From Plasmodiophora brassicae (Eukaryota), in the NCBI GenBank assembly GCA_036867785.1, contig CP145412.1, positions 806,001 to 870,000 of the forward strand: a stretch of DNA of 64,000 bases, given 5' to 3'. Below the pieces are notes generated by a model that was not told where the DNA came from, did not search any database, and was given only the letters and a program-made list of their open reading frames with translations. Of this stretch, positions 41,266 to 53,225 are shown piece by piece. Position 1 is the stretch's first letter. Every line of letters starts with the position of its first letter. The position numbers were made by a program, and so were the translations under genes.

Positions 41266-41556
41266 GCGACGATCGGGCGTCGCGGGCTTCCGCTCCCGCT
41301 CAAAGTCAACGTGACCCGTCGGCGAACAAATTTTCGCTGCGGCCCACCCGCGGCCCGCCCTAAAACGGCCCGAAGGGGGTCGAACCGAACGTTCTGCGTG
41401 TGCCTGCTTAGGAACCAACTGTTTTACTGAAAGGACCGTGCAGGGGAGAACGCGGTCAGCGATTACGTGGAGTGCGTCGTCGGGGAGCGGGAACTGTGGC
41501 GACGAACGGTCTGAACAAGGAGGGTTAGCCGCGGCAAAGTCGCTCTCGTGCGGATG

Positions 41557-43471
41557 TCATACTTTTCCCGGCGAGGGAGGCTTGCGAATGGCAAACGTAC
41601 GTGGCATCTGCTCACGCCACGATTTGATGGTAGGCAGGGACAACATCGCCAATGCGATGCGCACCGTGATCGCCGCTAGCGCAATGAACACGATGGCTTG
41701 CAACACTGTCGCCTTCCAGTCTTGTAGCGAACCCTCGCTCCATCCCTAACGCGATTCGGTGTCAGCGGGCATTTGTCGCAAAGCAGGTCGCACCGAATAT
41801 CGAACCTTGTTGATTGCATCCCAGCCGGATTTGACCGCCTGGCCGACGGCACACGCTGCCATCCGAATCGTCTCCATCGAGGCAAACTGAGTGAATGAGT
41901 GGTTCTCGGACTGCGAACGTATTATCCGTATGTATTGCAATTCTAAACAAAGCTGTGTTCAAATCATTGAGCTCCTCGACCTCGCTAGACGTTGGACAGG
42001 TTCAACGGTCCCCTGTAGGTTCTTCGTCGCTAGTAACGAGTGCAAGTGTGTTCCTTTGCGGAACGCCACCTTGGTCAGCGTGTCCACTAGCTGCCGATTC
42101 TCCTGCCGAACTGCCTCTAGGTTCGCCTTAAGCTTGACCGTGTCCATCGCGCAGCGGTCAATCCTTCTTTGTAGCGGCAGCCCCGGTTCCGTCATGTCCA
42201 CCATCTTCGACACAACCGTGTACCGTCGCAGCAACCGATCCGCCTTGTTCGCAAACCCCCTGATCTTCGTCCTGGCTTGGAATGTCGTCATAGACAGTTC
42301 GCGAAGCCGGGCGTCCGCTGTTCGCCGCCAGTGTGCGACAGTGGCCTGGAGTTGATGATAGAATCTGGTCAGCTCCTCAACCTGGGACCGCAACTTGCCC
42401 CGGTTCGAATTCGCCACTTCCGTCATCTCGCGGTACGCCTCCCGCAATTGGTCGTATCGTCGGCGAACCCTTTCTAGCGTGCGTTCCTTCATCATGATTT
42501 CCATCGTCAACGCCGCGTCCGTCTTCTCCAACTGCTCGTACGTCTTCGATATTCTCTGCATGCGCTCCGCATGCTCGACTTGCTCGGCTTCAAACGCCTG
42601 TATACCGCCCAACCTAATCTCAGCTGCTGTACACGATACCATCATGGTTTCCCGACCATACCGCTTCCAGGTCGGCTAGCTTCGTCAGGTAGGCGTTGCG
42701 CATGGCTTCAAGCTGCTGCTCGCTTGCCTGCGCAGCAGCACGTTGTCGCTCCCGGAACGCGGTCGCGGCGTCACCGGCCTCTTCCGCAGCGACCCGCCGT
42801 ACATGATCTTCATCGTCGCGTATTCTTTGCTCAACGGTAAAATCCTGTGCGCCAAGGCCTTCACTAATGGCGCGATCGATGCGCACCTCTATATCGTTCG
42901 TAAGCGATTTCCGCTGCGACGCTTCAAGCCGAGTCAGGCGCCCGACGGCCGCGTTATGTGCCATGGAAGCGGACCGCAAGGCCGCCTCGAAGGCGGCGAA
43001 CTCGTCGCCCAGGGCATTCGCGGTGCGCTGCGCGTGCTGGGTGCTCTGGGCGGTCTGCTCCATCTTCTGACCGCATTCGCGCCGAACCGTCTGCAATCGC
43101 TCCGAGCGAATACCGCGAAGAGCGCGATGAGGGACGACGTTCCGGATGGCTCCGGCATGGCGTTCTGCTTGTTGTTTGGTCTTCAGCGCGTCGAGTAGGA
43201 TCCGACCTGCTTGCGGCCGGCGCGCGGGACTGCTGGCCTCGTATTTCACGCTGGGGCGGCGTACACGCTGCGTAAACCAGGATGCGACTCGGCTGGACAG
43301 CGTTGGCCGACCCGGCCATCCATCCACGCCGCCATCGGCGAACCCTTCAGACCGTTCATCGTCGTGTTCCCCACCAGTGGGAGACAGAAGGTCAACAGGG
43401 TCGTACAAGGTACCGGAGCCTTTCAAGAATTTTCCCAATCGGGCCCCACCCTTGCCCTCTCCCTTCCCCAT
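41557..43471 (-). CDS. Coiled-coil protein with C-terminal transmembrane segment
   Basis: Long heptad-rich ORFs 41959-43471; terminal exon VLQAIVFIALAAITVRIALAMLSL. No family recognised. Confidence 0.55.
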
Positions 43472-43668
43472 GCCGTCTCTTCCGAATCACGGTCGCGTTC
43501 TGGACCGGAAGGAAGCACCTGCTTGCCCGATGGACCAGCAAGAGGTACCGATCTTGAAAATATCTCGCATGGACTCCTACATGATCCATGTGAACCTTCG
43601 CGCATCACCCTAGGGCAAATGATCGGATATCGTCTTTAATACTGTTGCGGTGGTGGTGATTGTTCCGT

Positions 43669-44649
43669 CTAACGGACACGAAGGCGAAGTACGTAGTACA
43701 GAATCCCGAATGCGAACCCACCAACTGAAGCAGATCGACATCAGGTTGCAACTTGGCAGCGCACGTATACCAGTGCATCCTACGATGCGCAGCGTGGCCG
43801 ATGATGGAACGGTCGCCGAGGAAAAAGAAGTCGTACAACGCGAACAAACCGACAGCGATAGGAGCTCGAACTGGGATGAAACCCATGACCAGGAATTCAG
43901 ACTTCGGGAACATGCAGGCGAACGCGACAATAAGACTTGACAGACGTGCATCATTCAATATGAGCAGGTCACCATTTGCTGTGCATACCTGTTGATTGCC
44001 CCGCTGGCACCATGCGCAGGGCGGTCTCCGCCAGAGTACCGCGAGTACGCCACGTGGGCGATGTTTGACACGAGACCGCCCATGAAATACAACGCCAGAA
44101 ACCGTTGAACGCCGATTGCCCGGATCTAGCGATAACCAATTAAAGGACAGCTGGCACGGTCGCAAACATCCGCACCGTCAGTGGTCCAAACGAATACAGC
44201 ACGAGCATATTGACAGCGAAGTGCATAGGTAAATTATGCGAAAACACAGACGTAGCCTTTCATCATGTAAGATGGCGAACGTACCCAGCGCGTTCACAGG
44301 TGTTCACCAGAGTCCAAGGGCGAGACGCGGCGCTCGCTGCACTACATGTGAAATTATCGACCATGTATCGTTGCTCCTTTTGCGTCTCCACAAGCTGCCA
44401 TCTCACTGACAGGTAGCACAAATTTAACACGTCGCCGTGACGGACGATACGATAACCCCTACTGAACACAAGCGCGTTCGCCGCGATCAGCCCCCCGACA
44501 ACGAACCCCTGGCCAGCAGGCGTCCCCCATCCGTTTGGACGTCGCCACTGGGCACCCGACGAATACAGTCGCACGACTGGGCGGCGCGCCATCATCAGTG
44601 ACGATGGCAGCCGCATTTGCACGCGACGCAGCAACGCCGTCCCCAGCAT
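43669..44649 (-). CDS. Rhomboid intramembrane serine protease (PARL/Pcp1-like)
   Basis: Arg-rich presequence, RPWTL, FSHNLPMHFAVNML, catalytic GASGA and IGHAAHLGG after splicing. Confidence 0.85.
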
Positions 44650-44801
44650 TGCAGCGACAGTTACGAAACTGCCGAATGTTTTGCGCCCACTGGCCGCCTG
44701 AGTGCTGACGAACTTGTGATGCAACTTTTGGAGCAAAATGCCCGTCTATTTCTGGGACTGCTGTTGACCGCCGGTGTTGTTCCGTGTTTGCTGAAACAGC
44801 A

Positions 44802-45143
44802 ATGCGAACGGAGGCCGAATCAGTGAACCACATCGTTCAAGACGCGATCGTGCAATGCCCTCGGTACTTGCTGCTGGACCCAAGCAGCCGCCGCGACCTG
44901 CACCGATGGTGGTACATCTCGAAGGCGGCGTACTCGTCGAACCCGGAGGTGCTCCTGCGACAGTTGCGGGACCGCGGTGAGATCGACCCGCGCCTGACGA
45001 TGGAGGAGGCGATCGTGCTGGCCCATCGGTGGAAGTCACGGCATCCGAACAAGTACAAGGCGCTGTCCACGTGGCCGCCCCGACCCGTTCGCAAGCACCC
45101 TCTCGAGCGCCTGCCCTGGGCGCAGTCGTGCACCATTCTCTGA
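44802..45143 (+). CDS. Small hypothetical protein ending in a CaaX box (CTIL)
   Basis: 113-aa ORF with GC-rich third codon positions, ending ...WAQSCTIL*. Start uncertain. Confidence 0.55.
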   Translation: MRTEAESVNHIVQDAIVQCPRYLLLDPSSRRDLHRWWYISKAAYSSNPEVLLRQLRDRGEIDPRLTMEEAIVLAHRWKSRHPNKYKALSTWPPRPVRKHPLERLPWAQSCTIL

Positions 45144-45318
45144 CCTTCTGCCTACCTACATAGGCCATCACCGTTAATAATATAGCACCGCTGATGATCG
45201 AGATTTCGACGGCAACCGTCGTGCTGTCCGTGGCGAGCGTTGGACCTAACGTTACAGCGGGTAGGCCCCGTCATGCGCGCTCCTCATCTTCGGAAACGTC
45301 CACCTGGGGCGGTCGCTG

Positions 45319-48075
45319 ATGCCCGAGATATCGCTGATATGGGCCTCCGTGATCGCTGCAACAGCTGCCGTGTTCATCGGCGTATTCCTGACACCACAGG
45401 TCCGTTCTGGAAGCGGATGGCGCGTTGTATGGTCGCAAGTGTAACGTCGTCATCGTGGTGCAGGCCGTGCGTACAATGCTCCTGTCGCTATCGTGGCTGA
45501 TGTGGATATTCGGTAAGTCTTGTGCGGGACGCTCATGAAGCGAATTCATGATGTGATGCTTGTTCAGCATCGATCTTGAGCATATCGTTGCAATGGGTCT
45601 GGGGGTTCTGGTACGTACTCTGATGGCGTCTAAGCCGCTGTTTGCGATCAGGTGCTGGTCATGTGGGTGTCGATACGAATCTGCATCACAATGGTATTCT
45701 TCGCCTGGATCAAGGTCACCACAGCGCTCGTCCAGAAGGTTGTATGCACCATCGAGCGCATCGGCCATTGCAACCGGCCACACGCAACGATGTGAGATGC
45801 GTTCGAGTGCATTCTATTACTCAGTACGATCAACTATCAATCTGGTTCAGGATCAAGGAAAGCGCGGACCGCATCAAGCTTCTGTCGGCGGCTTTGCGGA
45901 ACGTAACGTCCTATGAGGGTAAGAGGATAACCTTCTTCGTTGACTGATCTCGTTATTGACGGCATGGTCAAGAATGGTACCGTATCGGGAAAGAGATCGA
46001 CAAGCTGGATGACAGAGACGAATGGTCCCAGGTCCGCCAGTTACTCAGCTGTGCGTGTCGGCCAGCGTATAATGCGTCATGCTAGGATCCTTACAGCGAC
46101 CTGTACGATGCGGAACTGCTGATGGCGAACTCTGCGAACTTCAGACGGTTTCGTGAGCAAGGCAATATTCGGGACTTGGTGTTTACAGCCACGGGAGCGC
46201 TTTCAAGGTCATTCTGTGGAATCACAAACGAGGGTCTGTACACAAAGCGGTTCATCGGGACGAAGGACGCCATCGAAGAGTTCATTCGGGAGACCAAACT
46301 TTGCGTCGACGTTCTGCACAAGACACCGATGCTCACACCCGAAGAGAAACTCGCGTTCTTTGAGAGTGCCAGGTTCAATGATATTGCCCATTCATTTTCA
46401 GTTGCAAACGCTTACCTGGATGACAGCTTGACTGTTGGGCACACTGCACTATGCCTCTCTGGTGGCGGTTCTCTTTCAATGTATCACATGGGTGTTGTCA
46501 AGGCCTTGCTCGAGGGTAATGCATTGCCCCGGTAGGCACGCATGCGTATGGCCACAACAGGACACCACTATACTGACATGCGCCCCAGGTATATCAGCGG
46601 CACGTCTGGAGGAAGCATTGTCTGCGCCGTCGTTGGCATGTACACGGACGAAGAATTGCTGAATGACATTATCCGAGAAGATATTGCCAAGAGGTATGGC
46701 GTGTCGTGGTTCGAGCCGATGGCAAGTCAAGTGTTACATTTCGCTACACGAGGTGTTCTGATGGACAATGGGTTCTTCGCGAACACATGCAAAGCATGTA
46801 CGGGTTTTTAATCTGCCTCCCTGGGTCACTGAGACTAATGTCTCCCCGAATAGACTTTAAAGATACCACGTTTGAGGAAGCGCATCATCGTACGGGACGT
46901 GTCATCACGATAACGCTGACGAAATCAACGCGGGCAGAAAGAGACTCTGATGCCAATGTGGTTCTTCTCAACTACGTGACGTCGCCGCATGTGCTTATTC
47001 GAAGGTTCGCATAATTGAAGTAACCAGGGTTTGCGACTGACAGCGTTTGCTCCAGCGCCGTTGAAGCTTCATGCGCTCTTCCTGGGCTGATGAACCCGGT
47101 CGAACTTCTTGCTAAAGACTCGCAAGGTCGTATTAAGAAGTTGGTTGCCGTCCATGTTACATGCGAGTGTTCGTGCCTGGCTCATATCCTGTGCCCTGCG
47201 TAGGTATTATCCCAGTGGTGCACGATTCGTTGATGGAAGTCTGAGCGCGGACGTGCCGATGCGACGACTGTCTCAGCTTTTTAACACATCTCATTTCATC
47301 GTATCACAGGTGAGGCGGTCTCACTTAGCGTTCCAGTCATTTTGAGACTTACGGTCGGTGGTGTAGGTCAATCCGGTACGGCGCTCCCGCCGAAGTGTTC
47401 CGTTAACGCTGCTGCCTCTGATATTGTAACGTCTAAAAGCATGTGGCACCGTTTGTATCGCGACTCAAGAAGGACACTTGCAATGACGGCCTGCTGTCCC
47501 GTCTACAGCGTTTAGCAGTTAACGATCTCAAGAGTTCGGCCAGGTATCGTAATGCTTTTGTGCTTTCGTTTCGTACCTGATACATCCACCTGCAGGAAGC
47601 TGGCAAAGCTTCGTTTAATACCCAATATCTTTGGTCACGACGTGTCAGCAGTATTAACCCAGCGGTGTGGTTTGATGCCATTGTCCCTATAGTTCTGGCG
47701 CTGAGAACGAACAGGTACCGGGGCGACATTACGATATTTCCCAACATTGGCCTGATTGACACGCTCAATGTGGTTAGTTGGCAGTCGTCGTTGTTCTTGT
47801 TTGTCTACCCTGACCACGCCGTTTAGGTGTCACAGCCTAGCGAGTCAGACATGATCAGATATATTCGCGAAGGCGAGCGCGCCACTTGGCCCCACATATA
47901 CCGAATCCAACAGGCAACCGCCGTCGAATTTGCCATTCGAAGCGTGCTGGAAAACCTTCGCAAGACTCGTCGACGGCCCTCGACTCGATCGGCTTCACCA
48001 TCGAGGAAGAACCATCTGTGCTTCAGGTGCCGTCAACCCCTCGGTAACCCATCAGACCTGGTATCTGCACAATAA
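45319..48075 (+). CDS. Patatin-domain triacylglycerol lipase (SDP1/TGL4-like)
   Basis: GHTALCLSGGGSLSMYHMGVVKAL, ISGTSGGS, TFEEAHHRTGR, ASCALPG, DGS..DVPMRRLSQLFN..FIVSQ, GERATWP; N-terminal TM. Confidence 0.92.
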
Positions 48076-48174
48076 CTAGGTAACGTATTGCACGAACCGC
48101 CAGCAGCGTATACGACACGCCTAAACAATGGATTTGACTCCAGATATGATAAACATTGTACGATGTACTTATTG

Positions 48175-49210
48175 TCACGGCGGCGACTTCTGCATCGTCG
48201 GTACCGGCGTCGTCAGCGGCATCGCCTGTGCCTGCTGCTGGTCAGCATCGTTGCGAGATATTAGAGGGTGCGACAGGAGGGCTTTCGCAGACGGTCGGCG
48301 CCGTGGATCGCGATTCAGCAACGCCGTGATCAGTTTCTTATACGCGGGACTGATCGGGATGGCCTCAGGGAAGAATGGGCCGTACCCAGACTTCGTGCAC
48401 CCGTCGAAACCACATCGCACGCGATTGCAGATGAGCCGATGCATGGCACACGTGTTCTCAGCGCGTGGGTTGAATGGATTGAACCCGGCCAACATGACGA
48501 ACAGGACGATGCCGATCGACCATATGTCCGACTTGACGCTCGTCTCGCCACGTTCAACGGCCTCGGGTGCCATGAACTCGGGCGACCCTTGTGTTACGCG
48601 CGTCGTCGCGTCGTCGTTCTCGTCAAGGATGTGCGATGCACCAAAGTCGATCAGCTTAACCTTAAGGCAGCCCGGATGCGACGTCCAGTCGATCATGATA
48701 TTGCTGGGCTTGATGTCCCCGTGCACGATATGCCGGTCATGCATGAATGCAACCGCATTCACCTATAGACACGGCCAGCACCCGTCACATCACAACCAAC
48801 ACCGTTGGCAACACAGTAAAGTGTACGAGTTGGCGCATGATCTCGACGACATCGTGTTCGGGCAGGCGCCCACCACGAGCTTCGACGAAGTCGATCAGGT
48901 CGCCGCCCAGGCATCGTTCCATGATAAAGTAAACGTTCTTGCTATCCTCATAAACGTCGACCAAGCTGACGAGATTCTCGTGATGCATAAGTCGAAAGAC
49001 AGCCTCCTCCTGGTCCGTCTTCGGCCGCTTGCGCTTGACGACTGTCTTGACAGCGACTTCGCGGCCGGTGTTACGCTCGACGCCAAGACGAACCTCACTG
49101 ATCGACGCATCTTTGTCGAGGCGCTCGAGGAGGTCGAAGTCCTTTTCGACGGGTGTCCGGCGACGGGACCGATGGAACGACGGGAGGAGACGCTTAACGA
49201 GGCAGCGCAT
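48175..49210 (-). CDS. CAMK-group Ser/Thr protein kinase
   Basis: VAVK, HENLV, MERCLGGDL, HGDIKPSN, DFG, GSPEFMAPE, SDIWSIG. Confidence 0.9.
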
Positions 49211-50123
49211 GGTGACCGCCCACGAATTCGGATAAGACGACCGCGCTGGGCTGCCGGGAGTGATCCACGAAACCGGATGGTGCAATGACGTCACGCCCAG
49301 TGGGGCATGGCACGTGACGGGATCCAGACCCTTCATCAGAGCTCGACCAGTGCCGCGCTGGATGCAGTTGTACGCATACGTGCCAGGTGCATGGGATGTC
49401 GTCGTGGACAGCCTGACAGTTGATCGCTGACAAATCCCGGAAATAGCCAAGGACCAGTGCTTCGGGAAAATCCGTAAGCCCGTCACGGCCTCCGTGGAAA
49501 CCCCGCCACAGCCGGACCGCAGGCCGCCATGACGGAAAATGTGCGGATCCGACCTGAAGTCAAAGCCTTCCGGCCCGCCTTTATGTGTCAAACCTATCTG
49601 CCTTCCATGAACGGATCCCTGCTATTGTTTATATGCACGTATCAAGGTTACCGAAACGTTGACAGGCACCTGACCGTTCGGGCACCGTGTTAGAACTTTC
49701 TTGGGAATATCCGTGCTGGAAAAGCCGTCGGACGCTTCGGATCGGGGCCTATGAAAGCAGGCACCGATGGACCCAGCCCTTAATGTAGTGATGCCGCGAA
49801 ATCACTGTAGCTACTCATTGTTATAAACCAGATCAATTAGAGGGAGGCACCAAGAAACCCGCTCGGTTGTCAATGCTGGCGTCGATGCAGCACTTGCGCA
49901 TGGGGTTCTGATTGCTCGATTACGTGCTGTCCGTGTCCGAACGGATTGTAGGACTACAAGCGTCTGTAATGTGTTCACGAATAGACAGATAAGGCGTCAT
50001 GATTGCGGCGACACGAACGGGGCAGGGGCAGGGCAGAGCAGGGCGAGGGGCTGTAAAATGGCGGAGACGGCGCGCTGCGTCTGCGCCATATTCACGGCGT
50101 GTGCCAAGACGGCTCGCTGCGCT

Positions 50124-50372
50124 CTAAGACGGTGGCGCTGTGCGCATTCGTCGCCGACGGATCGCGACCGGGCGCCGCTGCAGGCACTGGCATGTAATGC
50201 AAGGGAACTGGGATGCTACCCGCTCTATTACGCTACCCGCCTCGGTCGACCCGTTGACTGTGTTGGCAATACACTGCATGACGGTGCCCTTCATCATCGT
50301 CATCGACGTCTGGCGTTGAGGTTGCCGACGGCAGCGGCGGCGCCTGGCTGTGTTGACTTGGGCGTGTGACAG
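50124..50372 (-). repeat. Dispersed ~250-bp repeat, copy 1 (inverted relative to 61793-62012)
   Basis: Reverse complement shares long blocks with 61793-62012, e.g. cgggtagcgtaatagagcgggtagc and tgcctgcagcggcgcccggtcgcga. Confidence 0.85.
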
Positions 50373-50734
50373 CACCCCGTCGGCGCTACGGGGCGTCGGC
50401 GTTATCGCCTGGCACGACGACATCGTCGTCGTCGATGATGGATGTTGTCGGAGTCTTCCTCGTGGCCGTTCCCCGGCGCTGCGCTCAACCGGGTTCGCGA
50501 CCCCTATCCACGGCCATCGCCTGGTTGTCTCGGGCGTGGCCGGCGGCGCCGATTCCGTTCGGCGCTGCTGGTGCACCGATGCCGTTCTCGACGTGCGATG
50601 GGATCGGGTTCGCTGCGCTCAGGAACTCGGCCAGTGCGGGATTGTCGAGTACTTGTTCAACGGTTCCCACCGCGACTCTCGCGTCTTCGTTCTCCTCGTC
50701 GTCGCTGACCTCGTTCCGGATGGGTCGTGTCCAG

Positions 50735-50920
50735 GCCAGCCAGGGCTGCAACGCCTTGGCGGATGTCGCAAACGGCGACCATCTGGTTGACTTCTGTTGC
50801 AGGTCACTCGTTACCCCACTGTTATTATGTGGGAGGTGAAGACCACCACGTGTACAAGGAGGTCATGTTTTATGTCCACTGTCTCCGATCGGCTTACTCT
50901 CGGGTGCTTGGTCATGAGAG
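50735..50920 (-). mobile_element. Possible degenerate Ty1/copia RNase H C-terminal remnant
   Basis: Frameshifted MTKHPRVSRSETVDIKHDLL..IITV / NQMVA / AKALQ loosely resembles the copia NP..H.R.KHIDI.YH..DQ.AD..TKAL motif; lies near the dispersed repeat. Confidence 0.3.
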
Positions 50921-50980
50921 GATGATTCGGCCCGCAAGTTCACTCACAGGAGGAATGCATCTCATGGTGTTACTGGCTTG

Positions 50981-52146
50981 TTAATGGTCTACGGACGCAT
51001 GCATTGACCGCTGACTGTTAAGAACCCGCGAGTAGCGATTTAGCTCGCAGAACAGGATCTTCTTAACGATGTCGGGAAAATTCTTGTACACGGTCGGTGG
51101 GAAGGGGATTATAGGACTGGTCGATTTCTTGTACTCGATATAGAAGTGTTGCAATCCGAATCGTGCGTCATACCTGACAGTCATTAATTAGTACGGCGGT
51201 CGAATCAGCTGTCAGTGGTAGAACCATACCGAGCCTCCGCAAGTGGAATCCCACTGACAAACATAAGCAAGGTTGTTGTTAGAATAGGGCTGAATCCATA
51301 GTCAGGCGCGCATACATGGAACCACTCTGTTCGCCAACCTCAATACGCTAACGAATTCCCAGCCGACAAACGTAACGGACGATGACAGGAATATTCCGAC
51401 CCAGCAGCATATCTCTCTGTCAGTTGGGAACCCCTCAACATTAACGTGGCATCCATGTACAGCACAGGGCATCCATTGGCATACCCAAAGTAATTCGGGT
51501 GGCGAGACCACCTGCAAAGCGTCAGGGGGATCCCGGTCGGTTACAGACAGCCATCTAACCTCCAGACGCCGGTGCGAAGCAATCCGCGGTTGATGTCGTC
51601 TTCGCGAAAGTCTCGTTTGGTCTGGTCGGCCCAGAACTCGACGATAGCACCCGTCAGCCTGCGAAACAATGGGGTTAATGGCACATCCCGCACATTGTAG
51701 TCGTCGACACGGTACCATATCGCCCATCCGAAGAGGTCCAGCGCACCGATCCCTGGGTTGACAGGCGATGCGTTCACGAAGATGACAGGAAGCGAGACAA
51801 TCCAGACCCATATGATTTGCGCGACCCAGAAACCGAGAAACTTGCCACAGTCGCGACGCATGTCATTGAATCGAGCATCGTGACCTCGTCTGAGAACGCG
51901 TTCCAGCAGGAACGCTCCCAGGCGGAGGCCCCAGATGCAGACGAATGTGCTCAGCACGATCTGCCGAGCCGTATAATGCGAGTAGGCGACCAGCGTCCCG
52001 AGTGCAATGACGACAAAGTTGCTGGTGCCGGCCAGGTCCGTGATCTTGTCCATCTGACATGCGAACGCGATCGCAAAGCAGGACAGTTGCAGAACGACCG
52101 TCGTCAGCAACGACACGACGAGCGGCGCCGTATACGCCATCGCCAT
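50981..52146 (-). CDS. DUF1295 / steroid 5-alpha-reductase-like membrane protein
   Basis: DKITDLAG, WGLRLGAFLLERVLRRGHDARF, ADQTK..F, TGVWR.SRHPNYFG, YKKSTSPIIPFPP. Confidence 0.88.
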
Positions 52147-52231
52147 CCAAATCCGCAAGCAGGCACGCCGTCCCTATAAATTAGGTGTATTCCCGAATAG
52201 TCATAAACTGGGCGACGGTACACCCTGGTTC

Positions 52232-52783
52232 TTAGATGTCGACATCAGGACTATCGACAACAACGCCACTGAGATCATACTCATCAACGAATTGCTGCTC
52301 GTGGGGCTTGCGAACGGGTGACGCAGGTGGCTTCGTCGGGGCAGCAGCAGCAGGCCGAGTCGTCGTCGTCGATTGTTCCGGCACCAGACCGGCGTTGTCC
52401 TGCGTACACGCCACATATTCCCTGTATCGTTGCAGAAACACGGTCCAGAACTTCGACTCAGACACCCTGTGCAGGACGCGGTCAGGCCAGACTAGATGAC
52501 TCTTGAGTACAGAGAGCAGTTGCCTGGACGGGACGATCCGATACCGAAGGGCGGCCAATCGGGGTTCATCGCGAAGCGCTTGGGCGCACAACGCTGTGTC
52601 GTCGTCGGCGACCTCCGCGCGGGCACCGTCGACGTCCGTCCCGGCGTCCACGAACATGCGCTCCAAATCGCTGCCGAACTCATCCAGCAAACTCGAGTAA
52701 AACATGCTGATCGGCGACGCCGACGGCGCCCCGGGCGACTGCAGAGTCGTCGTCGTCGTCGTTGTCGTCGCAGTGTTCCCCAT
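52232..52783 (-). CDS. BSD-domain protein with N-myristoylation motif
   Basis: MGNTAT start; ALRDEPRLAALRYRIVPSR|VSESKFW BSD signature after removing a 57-nt intron. Confidence 0.75.
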   Translation of the reverse strand: MGNTATTTTTTTTLQSPGAPSASPISMFYSSLLDEFGSDLERMFVDAGTDVDGARAEVADDDTALCAQALRDEPRLAALRYRIVPSRQLLSVLKSHLVWPDRVLHRVSESKFWTVFLQRYREYVACTQDNAGLVPEQSTTTTRPAAAAPTKPPASPVRKPHEQQFVDEYDLSGVVVDSPDVDI

Positions 52784-53225
52784 CCAGAACCATCTGCGCA
52801 GACCGGAATCCCACGGAACTCGTCACATGTAGGAGGAGGGCACACGGCAAGCAGGTATACGCCTTCGTCCCGCAGGCGATAGGTGACATACCAGTACATC
52901 AAGCCGAGGGATCAGGCGATGGCACTTGCACGGCTGGGTGGAAATGAACGTGCGACGTTGGGAAAACGGTGGGACGTGGCCCATTGCTGGTGGACTAGAC
53001 GGACGACGGGACCCATGCGACTGATATCGCATGAGCGAGTCAACTGCAATGTCGCGTGCGTGTCAGTGTAGGCCTGGGCCTGGGCCCTGGGGGCATGCGG
53101 ACCCAGGGTCCGGCGCGCTTACCTACCACCGAACCTACCGCCGCCCCGGTGCGCGGGTCCCCGCGTGCGGAACTGCGCCGTGCACAAGTTGCAGCTGCAC
53201 TCTGCAGCAGTCAGCACGTCCCTTC

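Noticed and set aside
41358-41366. Telomerase template or telomeric repeat (ccctaaaac)
   Set aside because: Single unit with no array or supporting structure; expected by chance.
48128-49288. 386-aa plus-strand ORF
   Set aside because: Antisense shadow of the kinase. Long opposite-strand ORFs are common at this GC content (likewise 57983-58750 and 56066-56779).
49300-50100. Gene or ncRNA in the long intergenic gap
   Set aside because: The plus-strand frames checked are interrupted by stops and I found no recognisable motif or convincing long stem.
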